A DNA stretch of 54,854 nt, counting the filler, from Sluysia triapertura (taxonomy: Eukaryota), in NCBI GenBank assembly GCA_046118255.1. It is 4 parts of 4 records of this genome, joined end to end, with 100 filler letters (N's around TTAATTAATTAA, not from the genome) between each part and the next. Parts side by side here need not be neighbours in the genome. Positions count along the whole stretch, not along the records: positions 11,902 to 30,255 come from JBJNIA010153049.1; positions 30,356 to 43,476 come from JBJNIA010058320.1; 2 more parts are not named here. The stretch is one strand, 5' to 3'. A model generated the notes under the pieces. It saw nothing but the letters and a program-made list of their open reading frames with translations. It was not told the DNA's origin and made no database searches. Below are positions 25,581 through 37,740 of this stretch, one piece after another. Every line of letters starts with the position of its first letter. Position 1 is the first letter of the stretch. The translations under genes were made by a program, and so were the position numbers.

Positions 25581-26619
25581 GTTTTGTGAAATAGAACTTA
25601 AAGATTTATTGATGAGATTTTATAAAAAAACTCAACATACCAATTAATTAGAAATATGAGTTCGCCTACAATGCTAGATTTATCCACTAAAGGGCTAGTC
25701 CGTAGGATTTTAAATTTGAAAAAGTTATCTTAAAGTAAGGTTTTGGAGGTCGATTATATTAATATTAATTCAAAATTAATAGTTTATTTTTTCTTAGTGA
25801 TCGTTCTAATCTGCAATTGTTTAATCTATATTGGTTGAATGTTGGTTGGTTGAAATTCTGCTTTTATAGCGAGATTAAAGTGTTGAGAATTTTATTTTCG
25901 ATACCCTTTAAACAGGATCTACACAAAATAATAGATTTTATAACTCGGTCTTAAAAACCGGAAAGATAAATTGTGTACATTTTATAGTAATTCGTAACTA
26001 TGTAATTTAACAAAAGCGAGATTAGTTGTGTAAATATTGTATATGATCCTTTTTAAATAGAATCGAAAATAGAATTTGCTACCGAAGTTTATAATCGGTT
26101 TTATATCTAGAATGTATACTCAACATAAAAATGTAATAAAAACAAATTTACAAAATGTACGCTCAACTAAAGTTCACATTTGACAATATTAAGTAATGAA
26201 ATCTAAAAGTTTTGCCTGATCTGAAAATTTTTCTTTTCTATTCTGATTAAGACAGCGATTCAGTTTCATCATGTGTGCTCGGATTAGTGTATTGTCATTT
26301 ATTATATTCTTATTTACTCTTTTATTATTTTTATCAGCTTCGTAAAGACACTTTTTATCTAAAAGGCTTAAATATAAAATACAAAAACATTAAAACTGTC
26401 AAGAAGTATATAAAACTTTATGGAACTTTATGCTAACTTATATGTATACATCGACTATTTTTTATAATCACTTATTTAATATTTAAGCACCAAGTCTTCT
26501 ATAACTTACATATGTTCAACAAGGACCTTATGAAACTTTACTTTTATAAAGTCTATGCACCAAATATATTCTATAATAATAATATTCTTTAATAATTTTT
26601 TTACTTATGAAACTGTAAC

Positions 26620-26914
26620 ACTTATTAATGTTTATCCAACAAGTATTCTCAGTCCGAGTATCAAATTTTAATATTAGCTCATGTTATATATTATCAAAAC
26701 CAGAAACCATCGACTAACTCATTAAATTTATGACAACTGTAATTCACTCTTCAACTATTCGAAATTCTTTAGTCAATATCAATCTGCAATTATCAATTCT
26801 TATTCGAAATTGTTTGCCGGGTAATAATTCAACTTTTAATCTTACTTTGTAACTTTCCTCCCATGTAAGAGATAGAAATGCCTTTGGGCTTCTGTTGAAT
26901 AATTTTAATTTCAT
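26620..26914 (-). pseudogene. Short orphan (pseudo)gene
   Basis: MKLKLFNRSPKAFLSLTWEESYKVRLKVELLPGKQFRIRIDNCRLILTKEFRIVEE*, with coding-like sequence continuing through further stops. Confidence 0.3.
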
Positions 26915-27237
26915 TGAAATGATTTTATAATTAATTTTTTTTCAATTTTATAAAAATAAATTTCAAATGTTTATAATTATTACTTATTAACTCAGAAAAA
27001 TTTAAAGATTTAAAATTATCATAAAATTGGTTATTAAACAAAGTAAAAAATTCGAATCCTAAAGTTTTATCAATAAAAACATTATTAATGTGATATTAAT
27101 AGGATAATCATACGATATAATGTTTATTATTGTGGAACGGTTTATATTTTGGACCACTATAAGCCTCTTGTAATGCATGAATCTTATAAAAAATAAAAAT
27201 TACTATCAATCGATCTAGTTTCATTAACAGAAAACTT

Positions 27238-27594
27238 TTATTTAAGTCTTGAAGTTTCTATATGAACATCAGAATTGATTTCATCTTCGAAATTCATTTG
27301 GCACTTGTTTATTGTTTGGTTGAAACAACGATGATTAACTTGTACCGACCTTAGCAAGTTGTGGATCCGATCTAAGTGGTTGTTAAATTTATCTTCAATT
27401 ACAGAACGGGAACATAATTCTGCAACATTGTGACAATAGCTGCATGAATGACCATATTTAATACATGAACCGAACTCATCGGTCCAAAATGTACATATAA
27501 CAGCTTGATCAATTTTTATAAGAAAATTGTAATTAAGGTTATTACCGAATGTTGCTGTCGATTGAAAGTCCTTATATACTTGAACGAAATTCAT
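27238..27594 (-). CDS. Unkempt-type CCCH zinc finger protein (118 aa, or the 3' part of a frameshifted larger gene)
   Basis: CTFWTDEFGSCIKYGHSCSYCH gives C-x9-C-x6-C-x3-H at 27430-27495. Confidence 0.65.
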   Translation of the reverse strand: MNFVQVYKDFQSTATFGNNLNYNFLIKIDQAVICTFWTDEFGSCIKYGHSCSYCHNVAELCSRSVIEDKFNNHLDRIHNLLRSVQVNHRCFNQTINKCQMNFEDEINSDVHIETSRLK

Positions 27595-27830
27595 TCTATT
27601 GACACTTGTAAGTTATCATTATGATTAAACATGATTTGATTAAGAGAGTTTATTGCATCTTCAAATCTTTCTACTAACATTACATTGACAAGACGCGTAC
27701 GATAGAGATATTTATCAGACGAGTAGGATTCGCTTTTATACTATCCTTTGGAATCAATTGGAGTAAACATATTCTTTCTCGTAATAAAATTAATAGCATC
27801 GTAAACTTGATATCGACAATTTTCAACCAT
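27591..27830 (-). pseudogene. Orphan frame overlapping the CCCH ORF start (ATGA overlap)
   Basis: MVENCRYQVYDAINFITRKNMFTPIDSKG*YKSESYSSDKYLYRTRLVNVMLVERFEDAINSLNQIMFNHNDNLQVSIE*. Confidence 0.4.
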
Positions 27831-28619
27831 TCACAAATAAATTTATTATTTTAAAAAGAATGGGTATAATGCATAACGTTTATAATATGAATAGCTCTTT
27901 TATTTTTGAACATATCGAAATTTGTCGCTTGCAAGTTATGTCAAAAGAGGATAATAACGTAGTTGAAGATGTTAAAGGGAATTCTATTTTGATTATAATG
28001 ATGTTATGAAATAACTTTGAAATGTAATTTTAATGTTTTTCAATGATATTAATGATTTGAATGTTGAAGAATTGTAAACTTATAATGTTTAAAGTACATA
28101 ATTTTAATGAATCTGAAAAAGTAAAATGTGAAATGTTGTGAAATGTGTAGTGATGAGTTGAAATTTTGAATGAAAAGGTTGGCCACCAAATGCCTTTAGA
28201 TCTAGACTTAAATTTTGAATTCCAATTATCTTTCAAAGTTTCACTGAAAGGTGATTAATCTCCAAAGGTGGATTAATAAACTATCATCAGAAACTATGCA
28301 TAATAAAGACTGAAAAAGAAACCATACGTAATTTATTTAGCTGCAGTTTGATGCTAATATTTTAATTGATATTAATTTAAACAAATTGATTTCATATTCT
28401 TTTATATTATCATGCTCACTAAATCGAAATTCACATATTAGTTAATTTAATTCCAATAACAATATCTCCAATTAATCCATTATTACCTAACATCGGTTTC
28501 TTACCGATATAATTGCACAAAGACTAGTTTAAACCAAATCGGAAATTCGAATGATATCAACTAAATTCGATGTTGATGACCAATTCAAATCGGATCCCGA
28601 TTTAATATTTGGTTGTAAA

Positions 28620-28795
28620 TGCTCTAATTAATCTGTCTTCAGTCTTTTCAGTGTCATTTGTATGTTTGCGTGATATTGTGAAAACAGTTTTTGCTACTCC
28701 TAAATCTTAGCCAATAGCTTGTTCTTTAATAATTTTTCTGTATTCAATTTTTGTTTTTCAGTTAATTTTACTTCAGTTGCCATTTTCTCTCCATA
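28620..28795 (-). mobile_element. Tc1-like transposase N-terminal HTH fragment
   Basis: MATEVKLTEKQK...QAIG*DLGVAKTVFTI...DTEKTEDR. Confidence 0.5.
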
Positions 28796-28997
28796 AAATC
28801 CTAATAGGTATAAATATTACTCTAATATTTTATTAGATACACATTTTTATTACATCTGTATTTCAAAATATTCTTATTCATATATTTCTCTAGGTATTAT
28901 TTATTTATTATTATTATTATACTATTTTTGGATAATACAAATGATATATAGCATCCAGAAAATACTCATTGAATAAAAATTATTTTGTTATATTTAG

Positions 28998-29656
28998 ACT
29001 TTGTACACTAATCAGTATTCAGTTACTAAGCATATCAAGTCGACTGCATTGTCTGGCGGTAGTGACGGATTGCCAGGTGTCTTTTTCACATATGATCTCG
29101 CACCAATAATGGTCTGGATTAAAGAAGAAAATAAGTTTGTTATTCCTTTCCATTAAATCTTTTTTATTAGAAAATAAAAGTATACATTTAAATTTCTTAA
29201 TTCTTTCACAGAGTGCACCTATGTGATATAAGTTTGTTACAGTCATTCGCATTTGACCAAAAGCATGTAAACAATGTTTATTTCTATTTGAAAACACATG
29301 AACTGACAAGACAAAATGCTTGTCCAACCATGAATTCCTAAGTTTCTATTACTTCTGAAAAGTGTCGATACAATAATACTCAATAAATTGTGGACGCTCT
29401 CAATTAATTGGAAGATTGATAATGATGATCTTTGTTTTGAAAAATAAATTTTTGCATGAAAAATTAACACGGAGTATTCAGTTTTAAATTTTAATTCACC
29501 AACATTATCATTAATGAACACATGAAAATTGAATAATTTAATATAATTAAATAATTCATAACATTAGCGGAATTATTTGATGAATAGCATTGTATTTTAG
29601 ATCATTCCTAAAATTTATAACAAATCTTTGTGCTATTATTGGTGGTGTCTTTACAG
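28998..29656 (+). CDS. ERGIC3: Two exons of ERGIC3 (28998-29134, 29601-29656); partial gene or duplicated fragment
   Basis: TLYTNQYSVTKHIKSTALSGGSDGLPGVFFTYDLAPIMVWIKEENK|SFLKFITNLCAIIGGVFT with intact AG/GT boundaries and matching phase. Flanking exons were not found. Confidence 0.9.
29190..29520 (-). mobile_element. hAT (Buster/Charlie-type) transposase fragment within the ERGIC3 intron
   Basis: EYSVLIFHAKIYFSKQRSSLSIFQLIESVHNLL and WLDKHFVLSVHVFSNRNKHCLHAFGQMRMTVTNLY resemble EHxxLLFHTEVRWLSxGxxLxRxFxLxxE and WLxKLAYLxDIFxxLNxLNLxLQG. Confidence 0.55.
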
Positions 29657-30255
29657 GTTATAATTTGTAATAATTCAAATTAATAAATTGTAAAAATAAA
29701 TTTTAATAAACTACTTTTGGATCAAATATTCATTATTTAAAACAGGGTTAAATTAATCCTCTTCCAAATGGAGTAAAAGTGAAATTTTTGTGTGTAATGA
29801 CGATGAACAAAAATTGTAGTAATTTTAAATTTCAAAAATGAAAAAAGTTTTATAAAAAAAGTTCAATTTGACAAAAAACATTAATACTGTACATTTCATG
29901 GGGTACAATAGTATAATACAGTTATAAACTGCAGAAATCAGAATGTTTTATAATTTAATACTTTAGTTCTGATTTAATCTTAGAAAACGATTAAAATATC
30001 CCGATGTCCTTTGTGTGCAATTTAGGATTGAGTGTTAGTCAGTTATTTCCGATTTTAGCCTAGTCGATTGTACTGTATGTGTGGGTGTAGTAAAAAAATT
30101 AAATAATTAAAGAAACGGATAAATTTTTGTTGACTACAAATTAAAATAAAATATTACTTACTTTTATTTTCACAACCCTTTTAAAACAATAAATTTTTAC
30201 GTTTAAAATTTTTAACTTTAAAACAAGAAAGCACTTCATTTAACAGTGGCTTAAA

Positions 30256-30355
30256 NNNNNNNNNNNNNNNNNNNNNNNNNNNNNNNNNNNNNNNNNNNNT
30301 TAATTAATTAANNNNNNNNNNNNNNNNNNNNNNNNNNNNNNNNNNNNNNNNNNNN
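30256..30355. other. Assembly gap with TTAATTAATTAA linker
   Basis: N runs with linker. Confidence 0.97.
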
Positions 30356-31877
30356 TATATGCTATTTTCTTTAATAAAGTATGCAAAATAAAAGTATGGA
30401 AAGAATGATGATAAATTGCCTCTTTTTCGAGTTCATATTTTACGTAATTTTAATTTCTAAGGTTTCATAAGTATATATTCAAATAATATTGATAAAAATG
30501 AAAATGTATTCACGTATCTGCTTGTACTTTCTTTTAACAGTTTGAAGTATCTGAATTTAAATAATGCATTTTTAACCTACATATTTTATTTGAATTTGGT
30601 ATACTAAAAATTCTTTCAAATGAATACTTCTAACTTTCTAAATTTATACTGAATGATAAAATTTTATATTCTAATTCATGTTTTTAAATTTAAATTTTTA
30701 TTTATACATAATAATTTGAAATAAGTCCACATCCTAAATAATTTTGTTTTATTCAGTCATTATTATTATTACCTTTGTTGTTTGGATATAAGTCACATAA
30801 TGAGGTCATTTCTTCTTGGAAATTAGTTGACCTTTGTTATTTGAATATATAATAAATTAATGCAATTTCGATGATTTTATTAATCATTTCATAATTATCA
30901 TTCACCTGACACTACTATATCAAAATTAATAATATTTAAAGTACACTAATTTATCGAATGTCAAATAATCTATTTTTAAATTTACTTTATGTGTACAAAT
31001 AAGTGTTATTTTAAACCACATGTAGTGTGTATTCATTTTTAGAAATCAAAACCTATTCAACCACTGTAATTATATGATTAATTATAGAATGGACTTTCTT
31101 AAATATATTTGTAATATTTACGTATGAGTCATAAATGAGTAATATTAGTTATGATATTCGCAATTTATTGCGAAGTACAATTAAATAAGGATTTAGCAGC
31201 ACATAAACTAGTTATAATTATTTTAAATCTGTAGATTTGTAGATCACATATTTCAAATAAAAGTTTTATTATCAAAATGAAATTCTAATAATTTTGTGAA
31301 ACTAGATGTCAGAATAACGTTCTACAAATACATTTTGTAATTTCTTAAAGCAAACAAAAATTAAACATTAATTATAGTTTTTCGTCTCATTCATTACCTT
31401 TGAATATCCTGAATTTGTACTCGCTTAATCACTATTGATACTTGAACTGATTGAATATATTTCATCGATTTATTAATAAGACCTTTAATTATTAAAAAAG
31501 TTTTTTCTTTCTAAATGCATAAACAACTAATCACAAAAAACTAGGGCTGATTCTTCATTAAATGAATCAGTATATTTGTAAATTTCTGAAATAAGAAATC
31601 CTAGTTACAAATTACTTTCATGAATCACATATTTTAAATAAAAATTAGAATATGGCCATTTAAAAAATGACAATACACGCTGGTTAGAAATTATGCTGTA
31701 ATTTAAAATTTTATTTCACATTTAACCTTCAAAATTAACTCTTGTAAAATTGAAAATTTATTTTAAATATAAACATTTAATTTATTTTAACATTGTTGAA
31801 ATGTAAGATATAATTAAGATTTATTTATAATTAAAGATATAATTATTGTTTACAAGACAAACAATAAATCAAATTAA

Positions 31878-31917
31878 GACGTTCGCTACTACAGGTGACC
31901 AGCGACGCGACCAATAG
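31878..31917. mobile_element. Remnant of the CACGTTCGCT piggyBac-type MITE family
   Basis: TTAA|GACGTTCGCTAC...|TTAA; left end shared with the elements at 41147 and 41748. Confidence 0.45.
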
Positions 31918-32362
31918 TTAAAAAATACAATTAGACTAAATCTTTCCATAATACCATTGTTATTGTAATGGTTTGAAGAAATTAATGCCATATAGAATTT
32001 ACAAAATATATACATATTATCAGTGCATATTGCGATGAGTCATATCCAATGAACTATCCGACGAACTTTTCTCATTGTGTAATATCAGTTTATACCTTCT
32101 AGAGTCGCGTTAAATTTTTTATGGTGTGTGGTGATAATTTATTCTTTAACTTTATTTCCCGTCTCATATTAGATTTATAAAATTGAAATGTCTTCATTAA
32201 AAAAAATATACTACTTGAATTATTTAGCATAACAATAAATTTTAAATTTATATTACCATTTTGCTTTATGGGTACTGCATTTACAAAAATGAACATAAAA
32301 ACAACATGAACAAATTTATTTTTCTAAATTTATGATCAAAAATTATCAAGGTTCTGTTTATA

Positions 32363-33088
32363 TTACTTATTCCCTATATATACCACCAGATTAGTTTCTT
32401 TAAAATTCTTTAAGTCATTCACGAACACGGAGCCAGACAATGTTATATTCGATATAATGGCCTTGATTCGGTCGTAATGTTGATAAATGTCGGTTGCTGG
32501 ATTAATGAAATGACTGAATTCGCGAATTCTATGGCAATAAATGCAATTTTTCCATAGCGGGAACATTCGCCGGTCTGCGTGGTTCCGTATAAACACATAG
32601 CATTCTTATAGAGTTTAGTTGTGTTGCCGTAAAGAGCTGAACTTGTATGCAAAATTTTGTTTTTTTTTGTAGAAGAACATTGGATGGATAGTTCGTGATT
32701 TCACATTTGATGCTTTTTCAACTGTTAAAAATGTTTTATTCTTAATGAAATATGAATCTACATCTATCGTATTTACAAAAGCTAATTTCTGAAAATCGGT
32801 AATGGTACAATTGTGAACACATTGATTTCTCCCAGTCAATTTTATGTACAATGAACAAACAAGTTTCGAGCAAAAATGTTTGTGTTGAGTTACATCAAAT
32901 CGTTCAGTATTGACTTAATAAATTTATTGTTTGGTACATATATGTTCTGGTAGTTGAAATATCGAGGTACATCAACTACCATCATCTGTTCGCTTCTTAG
33001 TAGGAGGATAATTGACATGTTTAATATCCAAATTATCATTAATTTGAAGATCGAGTGAAATATCTATATCAACATATTTGAATGACAT
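32363..33088 (-). pseudogene. Unkempt-type CCCH zinc finger pseudogene, paralog of 27238-27594
   Basis: LYKNAMCLYGTTQTGECSRYGK-[fs in an A run]-NCIYCHRIREFSHFINPATDIYQHYDRIKAII. The upstream frames (MSFKYVDID...; TERFDVTQHKHFCSK...) are broken. Confidence 0.65.
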
Positions 33089-33149
33089 AAAAAACATAAG
33101 ATTAAATATATTTATAAAACTATTTAGTTTTATCTTTTACATCAAAAAT

Positions 33150-33320
33150 CCACCAATGTTTTCCCTTTTGACGTCCAATAAAATCAATTTTTTAAATAGT
33201 TGCTGCTATATTATCTCCACACACCACTATATATTGAAGACTGTATCTGTTGATCATTGGACGTCCAATTAGATGAAGGAAGTATAAAAAAGAGACAACT
33301 AATTGGACGTCCGATTAACC
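33150..33320. promoter_or_regulatory. Three copies of a palindromic ATTGGACGTCCAAT-type motif upstream of the CCCH pseudogene
   Basis: TTGACGTCCAAT (~33168), ATTGGACGTCCAAT (~33256), ATTGGACGTCCGAT (~33302), plus CCAAT at ~33153. Confidence 0.55.
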
Positions 33321-33469
33321 AAAGCAAACAACACATACTTACAAATTGAATGAGTTAATGAAAAACTGTCAACAATTTTATTTGGATTAAAAATGTCAAT
33401 TGTTGGCAGTTACGGTAATAGTTATAATTAAAATTGTCAAATAGTAAATAATGATGATAGAATGATTTT

Positions 33470-33477
33470 AATGATGG

Positions 33478-33508
<31 letters not shown>

Positions 33509-33533
33509 AATAATGATAATGATAATGATGATG
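33470..33533. repeat. (GAT)n/(AAT)n microsatellite
   Basis: Seen directly in the sequence. Confidence 0.95.
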
Positions 33534-34669
33534 AAATTTACAAAAATTCAGTATAAAATATTAAATTAAAAGCATAAATTCTTTTATATGAAATAACATT
33601 CTTTCTTTGCTTTTATATTACTTTTCTAAACATCAATAAATTTCTTTAAGCTTAATCTTTTTAACTAGAGTATTTTGAATGTAATGCGTAAAATAATAAA
33701 AAATGCTATGTTAGGGTTTTTCGTTAATATTCATAGTTAATATCATAATGTTTAGGATTGATTTTGAGATGTATAATGTGATTGTGTAGTTATAAGATTG
33801 TGAATAAAAATGATTTAGCCAAAGTTTATTGACCCTCATTTAAAAGATAGTATTTGTTTCCAACAATAAGATTATAAAATAATTTTCACAATAATTATTG
33901 GTTAAAAAATTTTTTTTAGATTAAGTACATCTAATTTATTTTTTAAAAATTAAGTAAATATAAATTTAAAATCAAACATGCTGAATTTTATATATAACGT
34001 AACATAAGTGTATATATATATATAATTTTCGAGTATTTGTCACTACGATTATGAAACAGGTAAACACCCACTTTTGGTTAAATTTTTAAAATTGAAAATC
34101 GGTTAAATTATAATCTAATATTTAATATTATAGAATCATTCCTACTGTAGCACAGTTTCAGTCTTACACGATAAGATTTTGTTTAAATGTAGTAAGTGAA
34201 CCACACATTTTCACATCAAAAATACAAGCATACTCCATCGCATATGAACATTTCTTACGTTAACCAAACACTAAATAAATTACTCCGAGTCATTTAAAAA
34301 ATAAACGTAGTCTTTGCATATAGTATCATTAATTATATTTATTGTTATCATAATAATAATTTTCATCATAATTTCATATTATCGTAACTATCAACATTAT
34401 CGCATTAAACTACGTATTAAATCAAGTAAAATTTCACTCTCATAATTGTTATTGTTATAATTTTATTATTAAAATCACTTTCTTTTTTTGCTTATATGTA
34501 TGAATTTATGTAATTATGTTTGCATTTCTGTATGTGTTTATTCTTTTTTACTCTTCCTTTTATATTTTATTACTATCTCACTTAAGTCTTCATGCCGTAT
34601 TATAATGTTTGTGTTTCGGCATAGGTGAATATTAATGAATGTGAAGATATAAATAATTGTTGTACCAAA

Positions 34670-35150
34670 AAAATCCGAGCACATAAAAACAGTTTATTAT
34701 TGGTTCGCATTGATATTTATAGCATCAGCTATGTTTTCCAAATTGATTGGTATGTCAATTTATGATTTTAAATTTTTACCATTTATTCAAGTGAATTTAC
34801 TGCTGTTTTCTTGTTTAGCAATCAGTTTTCGTTTATTGATATCTACTCTTGCATTATTCTATGGCTTTATTTTATTTAATTGCCGTTTATTGTGGTTAAT
34901 AGGTAATTTGCATGATGCGAAATTAAATTTCAATTTACAATATTTGATTAATGGAATCAACAAATTTTTATATTGGAAATTTCTCAAATTATACTAATGA
35001 AGAAAAATTTATTCAGTCAAACTCGTGAAGAAGCTAACGTTTAGTCAAAACTGATGTTTATGTAATGGAGCAACAAAATTATTTAAGTGCTTTAGATAAT
35101 CAAGTTGATATGTCAGATACATTTTCAGGACAACCAAATTTGAATTCTGT
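34670..35150 (+). pseudogene. Possible decayed multi-pass membrane protein fragment, family not identified
   Basis: Hydrophobic frame TVYYWFALIFIASAMFSKLIG...LLISTLALFYGFILF followed by a hydrophilic coding-like tail. Confidence 0.25.
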
Positions 35151-36674
35151 AAAATGATTGGAAATAGAAAATGAAAAAGTTACTCATTTATACGCGTCAA
35201 CTCCTGATGGATCCGAAAAAAATTCGGAATATAAAATTTTATTATGCATCTGAAATTATAAATAAAATAGATAAAATATAAAACATTAATATTAATTAAT
35301 ATCTATGTACCAAAAAATCATTAGCTGTTTAAAAATATTGTTATTCAAATGTTCTTTCCAATTGATGCCTATTATCCACGAAAATAAAAGCTTTTTAAGC
35401 GATTGTCAAATTTTTATAAGTGCTCCTTCAGCAATGCCAACGATCCATCAATTACGCCATATGAAACGGTTTTTAATGCTAATCAAAGCAAAACGGTGTA
35501 TGTTAAGCATCCATCAATTATGAGATAACATTGCATTTCACGGATATGAATGAAAGTAAAGTAGAGTATATTAACAATTCCAATGTTTATCACTTAAGTA
35601 ATATATTTGTTATTTTTATAGTTTAATTCTTTTAATATAAAGAAGTTCAACTTGTTTATTGTTAAAAATTTTAATGTTGAATTAATTAGGGATTTTGTTT
35701 ATTGTTTTAACTTAATTTTTTGTCAAACTATAATAAAAAATATTAATTCTTAGAATTTTAATAAATTTTAAGAATGTTATTAAAAAAATTTTTAATGCGC
35801 CCTCGTCAAAAATACAAAATACCTTCAATAAATAATTGAAATCATTGACTGGAACCCATATATTTATACTTGATTTTTCCCTAAGGACTACATTTTTTAA
35901 TTTTTGTAAAACATTAACATATGGTAAAATTACTTTTTAATATTTTATTTACACTATAGTTTCTTATTATTTTATAGTATATATGTTATTATTTTATCTC
36001 TATCTTAATTACTGTTATTTTATTCACTTTATTGTTTACTATTATGTAATTACTTTTTGACGTAATTTTTAATTTACATTTTATTTTTCTATATTATAAA
36101 GTTTAACATTAATTTTATTGTTTTTAATACAGTTTTTTAATAGAATTAAATTTTAAATAATTTCACCAATAACTTTACTATTAATAAATAATAATTATTG
36201 AATATCAATAATTCAAAATTTAATTTTTAATTCCACATAGATTACTTACTGTTATCAAAAATAACTTAATATCCTAATGAAATAGTAATTTAAAACTAAT
36301 TGTTAACATGAATAAAGTAGCGTAGTATTGACCTGAACAAAGATTAAAATAATATAAATGTTCAACAAGTTAAGTATTTATAATTAAACAAACATTAACA
36401 TAGATTATTTAATATACATTAAATTCAAAACTTAACTTATATTGAAAATTAATTAGTTTTACAAATGAAAAATTGGATTCGCAAAGTGGACTGATTAGGA
36501 TCCAAATCTAGAACTTGCTTACAGCAAAACCAGTCTAATAATTTGTTTTTGCTGCAGTCAATTGTGCAATATTGCTTTTTTAAATATAGTAAATTTGTGA
36601 TATAATGTCTGAAAATTCATTAGATGATTTGATTAAAATTTTTATTGAGACAATGGAACACCTAGTTTTACATA

Positions 36675-37740
36675 CAATGGACGGCAGCTATATTTGAATT
36701 AAAAAATAAAATGTGATTTTACATGTGACAAAATTATAATAACACCATTCTAAAGTTTAATACATTAATTAATTAGTCAATTTTATTTAATATATTCTAT
36801 TTAAATTTTTTTTTGTTAATTATTATATATCTAATTAAAAAATTTTGACAAATAAAATTATTTTAACAAATTTGGACAAATTTTGGCCTATAGAGATGCA
36901 AATTTTGGAATAAGAGAAATTGGATGTCGCATTAACAAAGATGCAAGCACAATCAATCGATTTCTTCAAGATCCCGAGAATTATGACAAAATAAGAAGAG
37001 GGCGGAAACCAAAGTTAACATCGAGAGAGAAAGGAGAATTCTTCGTGACGTCACTGACAAAACAGATTAAATTGGTCCATCAGCTTCCTTGTTCAATAAG
37101 AACTTCCAGAGGGTTGTAGGCAACTGCCAACACTTAAGATATGAGAAGAGGAAGCCCAAACCAAAACTCACAGCTGTGCACAAGTCGGCACGGGTCACAT
37201 GGGCACAATTATACATATCGTGGATTTTAAAATGGCATCAAATTATATTCAGTGATGAGAAAAAATTTAATCTTGATGGCCCCGATGGATGCCAATTTTA
37301 CTGGCATGACCCGAGGAAGAGTCGGAGGTGGTTCTGTGATAGTCTTGGAGCCTTTGGTTGGAATGGGAAAATAGAAATTGTGTTCTTAGACGGTAAACAA
37401 AACTAATAGAAGAATATTCAAACACTCAATGACTTCCTCATCCACGACGCAGGTCAAATTGGAGGTCGAAACTGGATCTTCCAACAGACAATTGTTCAAT
37501 CTATTGCTCCGCGGAGACAACTAAATGGTTTGAATATAACCAAATTCGGGTTTTGAGTTAGCCATCTTGTAGCCCTAACTTAAAGCCCATTGAGAACCTA
37601 TGGGGTTTACTCGTTCGGAAGGTTTACCGGAATGGACGCCAATTTGACAATATAAAGAATTTGAAAGCAGCCATTCTTTCTGCTTGGGAAGAAAGCAGCC
37701 TTGAGGAGATGAAAAATCTAGTTAGCTCAATTCCTCATAC
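36675..37740 (+). mobile_element. Tc3-like Tc1/mariner transposon with a disrupted transposase (36883-37740)
   Basis: HTH IREIGCRINKDASTINRFLQDPENY..GRKPKL; IIFSDEKKFNLDGPDGCQFYWHD; WIFQQ-DN; PSCSPNLKPIENLWGLLVRKVYRNGRQF. Putative left end TA|CAATGGACGGCA; right TIR not found. Confidence 0.93.
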
